Notes under the pieces: generated by a model
What the model saw: the letters and a program-made list of their open reading frames with translations, nothing else
Database searches by the model: none
What the model was told of the DNA's origin: nothing
DNA from: Brevibacterium luteolum
Lineage (GTDB): Bacteria; Actinomycetota; Actinomycetes; Actinomycetales; Brevibacteriaceae
Length of the DNA: 20,000 bases
Direction: 5' to 3'
Assembly: GCF_013004595.1 (NCBI RefSeq)
Contig: NZ_JABEMC010000011.1
Span: 44,315 to 64,314 of the forward strand
Translations under genes and position numbers: made by a program
Shown here: positions 9,915 through 20,000 of the stretch, piece after piece
Layout of the letters: the number at the start of each line of letters is the position of its first letter
How positions within the stretch are numbered: the stretch's first letter is position 1

Positions 9915-10568
9915 ATGGACCTGCAGCTCACCGATGTTTCCCTCCGCTCGATCGCCGTCTCGGAGATGAGCAACAACGTCTACCTGCTCACCTCGGCCAC
10001 GACCGGCCAGCAGGTCATCATCGATGCCGCCGACGACGTCGAGGCCATCGAATCGCTCGTCGACGCCGGCGCCGAGGCGGGGCCCGCCGATGCCGCCCAC
10101 GTCACCGATGTGCTCACCACCCACCGGCACTGGGACCACGTCCGCGCCCTCAAGCCGATCACCGAGCGCTACGACGCCCGCACCGTCGCCGGCGTCAATG
10201 ACGCCGAGGCGATCACCGAGGAGTCCGGCCAGACCATCGACCAACCGGTCGCCCATGGTGAGACCCTGTCCTTCGACGGCTTCGAGCTCGAGGTCATCGA
10301 GCTGCGCGGGCACACACCCGGATCTGTCGCGTATGTGCTGCGCGACTCCGGGGGAGAGGTCGTCATCTTCTCCGGCGACAGCCTGTTCCCGGGTGGTCCG
10401 GGCAAGACATGGAGCAGCGAGGACTTCGCCTCACTCATGGACGACCTCGAGGAGCGGATCTTCGGGCAGTTCGGCGACGAGGCCCACGTGCTGCCCGGCC
10501 ACGGTGATGCGACCACGATCGGTGCCGAGCGCCCGCAGATCCCTCAGTGGCGCGAGCGCGGCTGGTGA
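9915..10568 (+). CDS. MBL-fold metallo-hydrolase (glyoxalase II-like)
   Basis: THRHWDH (HxHxDH), GHTPGS, FSGDSLF and LPGHG. GAGGAG SD; TAGGCT -10 at 9852-9857. Confidence 0.92.
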   Translation: MDLQLTDVSLRSIAVSEMSNNVYLLTSATTGQQVIIDAADDVEAIESLVDAGAEAGPADAAHVTDVLTTHRHWDHVRALKPITERYDARTVAGVNDAEAITEESGQTIDQPVAHGETLSFDGFELEVIELRGHTPGSVAYVLRDSGGEVVIFSGDSLFPGGPGKTWSSEDFASLMDDLEERIFGQFGDEAHVLPGHGDATTIGAERPQIPQWRERGW

Positions 10569-10571
10569 CGC

Positions 10572-11204
10572 TCAGCGCACCTGCAGGTAGATGACCGCCG
10601 CTGCCGCCCACGCAGCGGTCAGCAGCAGCGCGGCGACGACACCGGTGTTCCACCGACGCTGCGGCGCCGTGTCTTCGAGCACCGGATCGGTGAGGAATCC
10701 TCTCTGCTTTAACTCGGCGTGGTAGTCGACGACCGCGATGATGAGCGGATTCGCGTTGTCGCGTGCACGCGCCCCATCCGAGGCACTCGGCGGCATCTGC
10801 CGGGAGGTCGGAACAGCGCGCTTCATCGCCCGCGGCATCGCCCACGCGGATTCGTTCGTCCCCCAGCGCGTCGTGACGGCCAGCCCGTACCGCAGATCGA
10901 ATTCATCAACCGCCGGCCAGGGGATCGGTGTCGTGCGCAGAATGTTGACGAAGGTCATTCCGGCAGGGGAGAGGTCGACGCGCGGGTGCCAGTACAGCGC
11001 CCAGATGAGTGCTGCACCGAAAGCGGGGACACCTATCAGCACCAGGGCGGTCAGCGGCGGGAACTGGTAGACGATGCTCACAGCTGCAACAACAGCGACG
11101 CCGATGGCAGTGCCGGCGAGGACACGGGAGCCGGCCGGGCGCAGAGTGCCCTCCTCGGGGAAGCTCGGTGGCCCGGAGCTCTGGCGATTCAGCAGCGAGA
11201 ACAT
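10572..11204 (-). CDS. Membrane protein with bacterial PH domain (bPH_6-like), 210 aa
   Basis: Two N-terminal TM helices, then W.PRV.L...G.T.VN.LR...IPW..V......GL.V, and a C-terminal TM. GGAGG and TAGGGT lie just upstream of ATG 11204. Confidence 0.75.
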   Translation of the reverse strand: MFSLLNRQSSGPPSFPEEGTLRPAGSRVLAGTAIGVAVVAAVSIVYQFPPLTALVLIGVPAFGAALIWALYWHPRVDLSPAGMTFVNILRTTPIPWPAVDEFDLRYGLAVTTRWGTNESAWAMPRAMKRAVPTSRQMPPSASDGARARDNANPLIIAVVDYHAELKQRGFLTDPVLEDTAPQRRWNTGVVAALLLTAAWAAAAVIYLQVR

Positions 11205-11226
11205 GGCCTCCACCCTAATCGAAAGC

Positions 11227-11267
11227 CAGCGCGGTTCTGCGCTTGCAGGACACGCAGAACCCCGCTG
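11227..11267 (-). terminator. Terminator-like hairpin within the divergent intergenic region
   Basis: CAGCGCGGTTCTGCG / CGCAGAACCCCGCTG (14/15 complementary, 11-nt loop), followed by GCUUUC on the minus strand. Confidence 0.45.
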
Positions 11268-11394
11268 CCGGCATCTCAGAAGACCCGCCTCGGGAAGGGC
11301 CGGACGATGCAAGTTCATACAGTGATCTGCACAACATGCACCCCACCATTCATCGACGTCTCAAATCGGTAACGATAGGCGTTATTTCCCGGAT

Positions 11395-11429
11395 TGTGGA
11401 CTCCGTCACAGGCTCCGGTGGCCTAGCTT
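11395..11429 (+). promoter_or_regulatory. CRP/GlxR-like site plus -10 of the opp operon
   Basis: TGTGG-ACTCCG-TCACA (11395-11410) is one mismatch from consensus; TAGCTT at 11424-11429. Confidence 0.5.
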
Positions 11430-11526
11430 TGGTTGCAATCCACACTTCACTCATGAAGTGCTCACCTGGCAGTCATGATTGTCATGCTGTCAGGTGAGAT
11501 TGCGATTACCGATAGAAGGAGACGAC

Positions 11527-13353
11527 GTGAAAAGAGGCATTCTCACCGCAGCAGCCGGTGTGGCGGCGTCAGCACTGGTGCTGTCCGCGTGCACACCGCC
11601 CGGTGACGGTGGTAACGGCGGCAACGGAGGTGACGGCGGCAACGGCGGTGGCGGCGAAGTCAGCGTGATGTGGAACCAGCCGTTCTACTCGATGAACAAC
11701 AACACTTCCGCCACCAACAACGTCACGAACGCCAATGTCGTGTACATGATGAACGAGGCGTTCAAGTACTACGACGAGAACCTGGAGCTGCAGGACAACA
11801 CCTCGTTCGGCACGGTCGAGCAGGTGTCCGAGGATCCCCTCAAGGTCAAGTACACCTACAGCGACAACGCCAAGTGGTCTGACGGCACCCCTGTCGACGC
11901 CGCGGACCTCGTGCTCGCCTGGGCTGCTCGGAGCGGCAACTTCAACACCACCGAGGACGCAGAGCGCGACGACGAAGGTGTCGTCGAGGACGCCGGCGGC
12001 GATGTCTTCTTCGACGCCGCAGAGCCGGGCCTGGCACTGATCAAGGACTTCCCGGAGATCTCCGAGGACGGCAAGGAGATCACCTTCGAGTACACGAAGC
12101 CCTTCGCAGACTGGGAGACCAACCTCACCATCGGTGACTCCGGCGTGCCTGCACACATCGTGGCCAAGAACGCCCTCGACACCGGTGACGCCGAGGAAGG
12201 CAAAAAGGCCATCCTCGACGCAGTCGAGAACGAGGACAAGGAGAAGCTGGCCAAGGTCGCCGAGTTCTGGAACACCGGCTACAACATGACGTCGATGCCG
12301 GAAGATGAGGATCTGCTCATCGGCACCGGCCCGATGAAGATGACCGACTTCAAAGAAGGTCAGTATCTGACCCTCGAAGCACGTGACGACTACGAGGGCG
12401 ATCGCAAGCCGCAGCTCTCGAAGATCACGGTCCGCTACAACGAGGATCCGATGGCCGCCGTTCAGGCACTGGAGAACGGCGAGGTCCAGCTCATCAACCC
12501 GCAGTCGACTGCTGACGTCCTCCAGGCCGTCGAGGCCATCGACGGTGTTGAGAACAACACCGCCGACGGTGCGACCTACGAGCACGTCGACCTGACCTTC
12601 GACAACAACGGTCCGTTCGACCCGGCTTCCTATGGTGGCGATGAGGAGAAGGCCAAGCAGGTCCGCGAAGCCTTCCTGCAGTCGATCCCGCGCGGCAAGA
12701 TCGTCAACGACATCGTCAAGCCGCTCAACGATCAGGCTCAGATCCGTAACTCGTTCACCCAGGTTCCGGGCTCGCCTGACTACGACACGATCGTTCAGGG
12801 CTCGGGCATCGAGGACACCTACGGTGAAGGCGATGCCGAGAAGGCCAAGCAGATGCTTGAAGAGGCCGGCGTCGATGAGGCTCCGAAGGTCCGCCTGCTG
12901 TACGCGAAGGGCAACGCCCGTCGTGAGCAGGAGTTCCAGCTCATCAAGGAATCGGCTGAGAAGGCTGGCTTCGAGGTCATCGACAACTCCTCCGAGACCT
13001 GGTCCGAGGACCTGGGCAACGGTGAGTACGATGCTTCGCTGTTCGGCTGGCAGTCCACCTCGACCGCTGTGACTGAGTCCGACGCGAACTTCCGCACCGG
13101 TGGTCAGAACAACTTCGGCGGATTCGCCAACGACGAGGTCGACAAGCTCTACGACGAGCTCCAGACCGAGACCGACCCGGCACGCCAGGCTGAGATTCTC
13201 GGCGAGGTCGAGAAGATCCTGGTCGATGAAGGCTTCGGCCTCACGCTGTTCCAGTTCCCGGAGGTCGTTGCGTACTCCGATCAGCTGCAGAACGTGAAGC
13301 CGATGACCGTGTCACCGACCATGTTCTGGAACTTCTGGGAGTGGCAGATGTGA
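11527..13353 (+). CDS. Peptide ABC transporter substrate-binding lipoprotein, SBP family 5 (OppA/DppA-like, 608 aa)
   Basis: GAAGGAG SD with GTG start; lipobox LSAC; KWSDGTPVDAADL and GTGP motifs; first gene of an ABC operon. Confidence 0.95.
   Translation: MKRGILTAAAGVAASALVLSACTPPGDGGNGGNGGDGGNGGGGEVSVMWNQPFYSMNNNTSATNNVTNANVVYMMNEAFKYYDENLELQDNTSFGTVEQVSEDPLKVKYTYSDNAKWSDGTPVDAADLVLAWAARSGNFNTTEDAERDDEGVVEDAGGDVFFDAAEPGLALIKDFPEISEDGKEITFEYTKPFADWETNLTIGDSGVPAHIVAKNALDTGDAEEGKKAILDAVENEDKEKLAKVAEFWNTGYNMTSMPEDEDLLIGTGPMKMTDFKEGQYLTLEARDDYEGDRKPQLSKITVRYNEDPMAAVQALENGEVQLINPQSTADVLQAVEAIDGVENNTADGATYEHVDLTFDNNGPFDPASYGGDEEKAKQVREAFLQSIPRGKIVNDIVKPLNDQAQIRNSFTQVPGSPDYDTIVQGSGIEDTYGEGDAEKAKQMLEEAGVDEAPKVRLLYAKGNARREQEFQLIKESAEKAGFEVIDNSSETWSEDLGNGEYDASLFGWQSTSTAVTESDANFRTGGQNNFGGFANDEVDKLYDELQTETDPARQAEILGEVEKILVDEGFGLTLFQFPEVVAYSDQLQNVKPMTVSPTMFWNFWEWQM
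11602..11655 (+). repeat. Six degenerate 9-bp units encoding a Gly/Asn/Asp linker (GDG GNG GNG GDG GNG GGG) after the lipid-anchored Cys
   Basis: ggtgacggt ggtaacggc ggcaacgga ggtgacggc ggcaacggc ggtggcggc. Confidence 0.7.
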
Positions 13354-13393
13354 GGTAGAGGTCCTCTTCACTGAGACCTCTTCAGCTCTAACC

Positions 13394-13424
13394 GGCGGGG
13401 GTGCCGGCACCTGGCACCCCCGCC
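13394..13424 (+). terminator. Intra-operon stem-loop after the SBP gene (partial terminator or mRNA stabiliser)
   Basis: GGCGGGGGTGCC / GGCACCCCCGCC perfect 12-bp stem with no U-tract; a smaller GAGGTC/GACCTC stem precedes it. Confidence 0.7.
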
Positions 13425-13457
13425 TCACCCTGTTCCACGACCCTCACGGGAAGACCA

Positions 13458-14995
<1,538 letters not shown>

Positions 14996-14999
<4 letters not shown>

Positions 15000-16207
15000 C
15001 TACCTCACTTCCAGATCCCTCGAAGCACGAGGACACACACACTCTCGAAGGCGACAACGCCATCGAGGCCCAGGAAACCGCCGGCCTGTCGCAGGGCCAG
15101 ATCGTCTGGCGCCGGTTCATCCGGCACAAGGGCGCCATCGCCGGCCTCACGATCGTGCTGCTCATCGCGATCCTGGCGTACTCATCAGTGGGTGTCGGCC
15201 CGATTCCCGGCTGGTGGATGTTCAACCACTACAACACCAATGACGTCATGAACGGCGGTGCGCCGACATGGCAGCTGTCGAACATCTTCTCGCCCGGCCA
15301 GCACCCGTTCGGGCAGGATGATATCGGGCGTGACAACTTCGCCCGCGTCATGAAGGGCATCCAGATCTCCATCATGGTGATGCTCGTGATGGGTGCGCTC
15401 TCGCTCGTCGTCGGTGTTCTCATCGGCTCGCTGGCCGGTTACTACCGCAAACGGATCGACGATGTGCTCATGCGCATCACCGACCTGTTCATCACCCTGC
15501 CGGTCATCGTCGTCGGTGCTGTGCTCGGTGTGCTGGCAGGCAAGTACTCTTCGCCGCTGCTGCTGGCGATCTGCCTGGGCCTCATCCTGTGGCCAGGTCT
15601 CGCTCGCCTCGTGCGCGGTGACTTCCTGTCCCTGCGCGAACGCGAGTTCGTCGACTCGGCCCGCGTAGCCGGTGCCAGCGACTTCCGCATCATCTTCAAG
15701 CACATGCTGCCCAACGCGATGGGCGTCATCATCGTCAACACGACGCTGCTCATGAGCCAGGCGATCGTGCTGGAGACTGCGTTGTCGTTCCTCGGCTTCG
15801 GTGTCACCGCACCGGACGTCTCGCTCGGCCAGCTGATCAACGAGTACCAGAGCTCGTTCTCCACCCGCCCGTGGCTGTTCTGGTGGCCGGGTCTGTTCAT
15901 CATCGTCATCGCCCTGTGCGTGAACTTCGTCGGCGACGGTCTGCGCGACGCATTCGACCCGCGTCAGAAGCGCATCCCGTCGAAGAAGGAGATGCTCAAG
16001 GCGCAGGTCCGCAAGCCCGAGCGCACCGAGGAGGAGGCAGCCGCGGCTGTCACCACCGGTGCCGGTGCCACCGGCATGCCGTACGCCGAGAGCGCTCCGG
16101 CCGAAGGTCCGGACCGGCCCGGGCCGGCCGGCACGGTCAACACCCACGAGGATCCGGGTGACAACAGCCCAGGCGGCGTGGATGACACTGACGGACCGAA
16201 GCACTGA
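14996..16207 (+). CDS. Peptide ABC transporter permease (OppC/DppC-like)
   Basis: VWRRF..HK.A, HPFGQDDIGRD, REFVDSARVAGAS..RIIFKHMLPN and GDGLRDAFDPR. ATGA overlap with the upstream gene. Confidence 0.95.
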
Positions 16208-16216
16208 GGGGCTGAC

Positions 16217-18007
16217 ATGACTGAACACACGAAAGACGCTGCCCCGATCCTCTCGGTGCAGGACCTGGGAGTGAACTTCTGGGTCGGCGGTGAATGGTTC
16301 ACCGCTGCAGAGGGCCTGAACTACGAGCTGTATCCCGGTGAGGTGCTCGCCATCGTCGGTGAGTCCGGCTCGGGCAAGTCGCAGTCGTCGATGTCGCTCA
16401 TCGGCCTGCTGCCCAAGAACGGCCTGGCCACCGGCAGTGCGAAGCTCGATGGGCGTGAGCTCGTCGACATGCCGATGGCGCAGATGCAGCGCATTCGCGG
16501 CAAGGAGATCTCGGTGATCTTCCAGGAGCCGATGACCGCGCTCAACCCGGTCTACACCTGCGGTTTCCAGATCGTCGAGACGCTGCGCACCCACTTCGAT
16601 ATGGGGCCCTCGGCCGCCAAGGAGCGGGCGCTGGAGCTTATGCGGCTCGTCGACATCCCGGAGCCGGAGCGGCGTTTCAACTCGTTCCCGCACCAGCTCT
16701 CGGGCGGTCAGCGCCAGCGCATCATGATCGCCCAGGCCCTGGCCTGCGATCCGCGCCTGCTCATCGCCGATGAGCCGACCACGGCACTCGACGTCACGGT
16801 GCAGGCGGAGATCCTCAAGCTCATGCGCGACCTGCGTGAGCGGATCGACTCCGGCATCATCCTCATCACCCATGACATGGGTGTCGTCGCCGATATGGCC
16901 GACCGCATCCTCGTGATGAAGAGCGGCCGGGTCGTTGAGACCGGCACCGCCGATGAGATCTTCTACAACCCGCAGCACCCCTACACCAAGCAGCTGCTTG
17001 ACTCGGTGCCGCACCTGGGTGAGAAGGAAGGGCGTGTCTTCGGCGACTCCGTCGAGGACCTCGAAGAGGCGGCCACGCCTGAGCCGGCCGAACGCGACTG
17101 GGTGCCGGCCGACATCACGCTGGAATCGACTGAGACGATCGTGCACCCGGATGAGAGCTACGACCCGACCGAGACGCCGGCGCTCAAGCTCACGAACGCC
17201 GCGATCGAATACCCGAAGATCGGCCGCACGCCGGCCTTCCGGGCCGCCCACGACATCAACCTGTCAGTGGCTCCCGGCGAGGTCGTCGGCCTCGTCGGCG
17301 AATCGGGTTCGGGCAAGTCGACGATCGGCCGTGCCGCACTCGGCCTGCTGCCGGTCGTCGAGGGCTCCCTGGAGATCAACGGCACCGACATCACCGGCAT
17401 GAGCAACCGCCAGCTGCGGCCGCTGCGCCGCGATGTTGGCATCGTGTTCCAGGATCCGGGCTCCTCTCTCAACCCGCGGCTGCCGGTCGGTGAGTCGATC
17501 GGCGAGCCGATCTTCCTGCACGAGAAGCTCAAGGGACCAGCGCTCAACCAGCGTGTGGAGGCACTGCTCGACTCCGTCGAGCTGCCGACCTCGATGCGCA
17601 ACCGCTATCCGCATGAGCTCTCCGGCGGTCAGCGTCAGCGCATCGGCATCGCCCGTGCACTGGCGCTGCAGCCGAAGCTGCTCATCGCTGATGAGCCGAC
17701 ATCGGCACTCGACGTGTCCGTGCAGGCCAAGGTGCTGGAGCTGTTCCAGCAGCTGCAGCGCGAACAGGGATTTGCCTGCCTGTTCATCTCCCACGACCTC
17801 GCCGTCGTCGAGATGCTGGCCCGCCGTGTGGCCGTCATGCGCCACGGCTACCTCGTCGAGGTCGGCAACTCCAGCGACATCGTCGCCGACCCGGTGCACC
17901 CGTACACGCAGCGCCTGCTCGCTGCTGTGCCGGTGCCCGATCCCAATGAGCAGCGACGTCGCCGCGCAGCCCGCGATGCGATGATCTCCGCCACCCGCGA
18001 GGACTGA
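16217..18007 (+). CDS. Peptide ABC transporter ATP-binding protein, fused OppD-OppF
   Basis: Two GESGSGKS Walker A motifs, two LSGGQRQR signatures, two LIADEPT motifs and two HPYT motifs. Confidence 0.97.
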   Translation: MTEHTKDAAPILSVQDLGVNFWVGGEWFTAAEGLNYELYPGEVLAIVGESGSGKSQSSMSLIGLLPKNGLATGSAKLDGRELVDMPMAQMQRIRGKEISVIFQEPMTALNPVYTCGFQIVETLRTHFDMGPSAAKERALELMRLVDIPEPERRFNSFPHQLSGGQRQRIMIAQALACDPRLLIADEPTTALDVTVQAEILKLMRDLRERIDSGIILITHDMGVVADMADRILVMKSGRVVETGTADEIFYNPQHPYTKQLLDSVPHLGEKEGRVFGDSVEDLEEAATPEPAERDWVPADITLESTETIVHPDESYDPTETPALKLTNAAIEYPKIGRTPAFRAAHDINLSVAPGEVVGLVGESGSGKSTIGRAALGLLPVVEGSLEINGTDITGMSNRQLRPLRRDVGIVFQDPGSSLNPRLPVGESIGEPIFLHEKLKGPALNQRVEALLDSVELPTSMRNRYPHELSGGQRQRIGIARALALQPKLLIADEPTSALDVSVQAKVLELFQQLQREQGFACLFISHDLAVVEMLARRVAVMRHGYLVEVGNSSDIVADPVHPYTQRLLAAVPVPDPNEQRRRRAARDAMISATRED

Positions 18008-18026
18008 GCCGCACGCACCGCGCACG

Positions 18027-18062
18027 AAGCGGAGGGAGACCGACTGGTCTCCCTCCGCTTTC
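18027..18062 (+). terminator. Intrinsic terminator of the opp operon
   Basis: AAGCGGAGGGAGACC-GACT-GGTCTCCCTCCGCTT perfect 15-bp stem, ending in a short T run. Confidence 0.85.
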
Positions 18063-18299
18063 GTCATGGCTGAAACGGTGCCAGACAGGCTGGCAGCGCT
18101 CACCATGCACCCGCTGGGCGAGCTGGCCCGGCACCTCAGGACACCGTCCGCACCGCGCTCAGGCGACCACCGCCTCGGGCGCGGTGCGCAGGGGCACACG
18201 GGCCCAGGCGCACATGCCCGGGCACACGGCATCGGCACGCACTTCAGGAGCACCGGGGGAGCAGGCAGCGGTGCTACCCCTGCCAGCGCATACAGACGA

Positions 18300-18331
18300 C
18301 GCCGGGGCGAAGCTGCTGCTCCGCCCCGGCG
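18300..18331 (-). terminator. Probable terminator of the protease gene
   Basis: Minus-strand RNA CGCCGGGGCGGAGC-AGCA-GCUUCGCCCCGGCG (14-bp stem with one G-U), followed by UCGUCUGU, about 90 nt after the stop. Confidence 0.65.
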
Positions 18332-18422
18332 CCGCGGGCTGTGAACCCTACCTTTGTGAGTATCCCCCGTGCGTCACCCCGCGAGGGAACGGGGAACCGT
18401 CAGATGAAAGACGACATTCTCA

Positions 18423-19658
18423 TCACTTGTGGCCGTACTCCAGGTTGTAGTAGTCCAGTGCGTCGGGCACCGGCTGGAAGTACGAGGATCCGTCGACGTA
18501 GCCGCCGTTGAAGCCGCAGTCCTGTCCGGCAGGTCCACCGGAGGTCATGCCCACGGCCTGGTTGCCGGCGGTGTAGGCACCACCGGAGTCACCGGCAGCG
18601 GTGCACACGGTCGACTCGCCGAGTCCGGAGACCTGGGCGACGTCGCGGCCCTGCGAATCGGAGTAGTTCACCGTGGCGTTGTAGCCGGTGATCTCACCGC
18701 AGGTGACACCGGAGGTCGCACCGGTGCGGCACAGCTCGGTGCCGATCGGGGCCTGCCAGGCGCCTTCCTCGGCATTCGTGATGCCGTGGTTCGAGCCGTA
18801 GGTGTTGGCCTCGGTGCTGACCTCGTTGCCGTCGCCCAGCACAACGTATCCGATGTCGCGGTCCGGCTGGCCGTCGTAGGACTTGAAGGCGGTCTCACCG
18901 TGGGAGCCGAAGTCCTGGCCCTCAACCGTGAAGCTGTCCTGGTCCTCGATGCAGTGACCGGCCCACACCATCACGTGGTTGCCCTCACCGTCGGTGGCCG
19001 GGAAGCCGGCCGAACAGTAGCCGCCGCCCAGGCCGATCTTGTCGCCGCCCTTGGCAGTGGCGTGCAGTTCGTTGCGCTCACCCTTCTGGACCTTGACGGC
19101 GTTACCGTACTCGGCAGCCTTGTCGAGCACGGCGGTGTCGGCCTTGGTGTCGGTGACAGTGACGACGACGGCGTCGTCAGCGATGTGCGGGGCGACGGAG
19201 ACGACACCGGCGTCATCGGCGGCGAGCTTCGAGAGCGCATCGGCGATTTCATTGAGCCTGCTCTCGCCGTTGGTGGCGTCGCGGACCTCGAAGCCGGCGG
19301 CTTCAGCGGCCTTGGCGGCCTGCGAACCGGCCGGGGCCTGGAGGACGAGCTTGTTCTCGTCGTTGAAGAACGCGCCGTCGTAGGTGTTGCCGGCCTGCAC
19401 GAGGTCGTAGTAATCGTTGTTCTGCGTGAACTGCGCCTGCAGGTGGTCCTTCTGGGCTGCGACCGTGCGGCCCGAGGACTCGGCCATGATCTTCAGCTCC
19501 TTATCGCTGAAGTTGGCCTCGCCCTTCTTGACCTCCGGGGACTTCTGGATGGCCGTGTCGGCCGCCCCGCCCGGTGCTGCGAGAGCCGGCATCGCCGCTC
19601 CCATTCCTGCAAAGGCCAGCGAGCCGACGAGGGCCGCGTGGACGAACGTGCGTTTCAC
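18423..19658 (-). CDS. Secreted S1-family serine protease (streptogrisin/alpha-lytic-like) with pro-region
   Basis: AGGAG SD with GTG start; Sec signal ending ALA; catalytic triad motifs CSAGF...WAGHC, DRDIG and CTAAGDSGG; CRTGATSGVTCG. Confidence 0.93.
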   Translation of the reverse strand: MKRTFVHAALVGSLAFAGMGAAMPALAAPGGAADTAIQKSPEVKKGEANFSDKELKIMAESSGRTVAAQKDHLQAQFTQNNDYYDLVQAGNTYDGAFFNDENKLVLQAPAGSQAAKAAEAAGFEVRDATNGESRLNEIADALSKLAADDAGVVSVAPHIADDAVVVTVTDTKADTAVLDKAAEYGNAVKVQKGERNELHATAKGGDKIGLGGGYCSAGFPATDGEGNHVMVWAGHCIEDQDSFTVEGQDFGSHGETAFKSYDGQPDRDIGYVVLGDGNEVSTEANTYGSNHGITNAEEGAWQAPIGTELCRTGATSGVTCGEITGYNATVNYSDSQGRDVAQVSGLGESTVCTAAGDSGGAYTAGNQAVGMTSGGPAGQDCGFNGGYVDGSSYFQPVPDALDYYNLEYGHK

Positions 19659-20000
19659 GAGTTTTCTCCTTGTGAGAGTCGTTCAGGTTGGTGCTTTCAC
19701 TCTTCCGAAATCTCACCGGTGCCGATATTGCGCCTTGGTCAAAAGGCGATGGACTTACGGCGTAGCGCCCCGCTCCCGAGGCGGTGGGCACCGGGTGCCC
19801 TCAGGCTCCGGTGACCGTGTGGTCAGCAGGCATTCAGGTTCGGCAGCCCTGCCCCCACGCGGCGGACAGCCGACGTTCAGACTCGGCTACGACGTATGGC
19901 CAGCCGCCCCGCCGATCGTCATAGGGGACCGGTGCTGGCCGCCAGAAGTTTTTCTGCGGTCATGGGTGTCTGGTGTCCTTCGGGCACAGAGAAGCGCTGG

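Noticed and set aside
11369..11385. GlnR box (GTnAC-N6-GTnAC)
   Set aside because: Spacing is 7 nt and the second half-site is GTTAT; kept only as a generic inverted repeat.
15185..17251. 688-aa minus-strand ORF
   Set aside because: Antisense shadow of the oppC and ATPase genes.
18066..18344. 92-aa ORF in the opp-protease spacer
   Set aside because: Starts immediately after a terminator, has no SD, has low-complexity R/G/A/P composition and runs through another terminator.
18429..19814. 461-aa plus-strand ORF (also 760..2010, 5341..6303 and 11569..12585 on minus)
   Set aside because: All are antisense shadows of well-supported genes.

Overview
High-GC actinobacterial chromosomal window (Micrococcales-like, possibly Brevibacterium; taxonomy is inferred from gene content and style, not from a search). 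It is mostly core and metabolic genes. In order: a macrodomain O-acetyl-ADP-ribose deacetylase truncated by the left edge (missing from the ORF track) and a 150-aa hypothetical gene upstream of it; a secreted YkfC-like SH3/NlpC-P60 peptidase; monomeric NADP-isocitrate dehydrogenase; thymidine kinase; a PcaD-like alpha/beta hydrolase; a DASS/SLC13 transporter; a YqjM-type Old Yellow Enzyme; a pair of SMR exporters behind a clear guanidine-III (ykkC-III) riboswitch; an MBL-fold hydrolase; a bPH-domain membrane protein; a four-gene Opp/Dpp peptide ABC transporter; and a convergent secreted S1 (streptogrisin-like) protease. I saw no mobile element, CRISPR array, tRNA or rRNA. I cannot support a claim of a wholly new system. 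The best leads are (i) the guanidine-III riboswitch with a divergent, oppositely charged SMR pair, (ii) the hypothetical immunity-like gene coupled to the macrodomain gene, (iii) a 13-bp hairpin burying the SD and AUG of the OYE gene, and (iv) a structured, operator-rich divergent region upstream of oppA that may hold an sRNA or attenuator.
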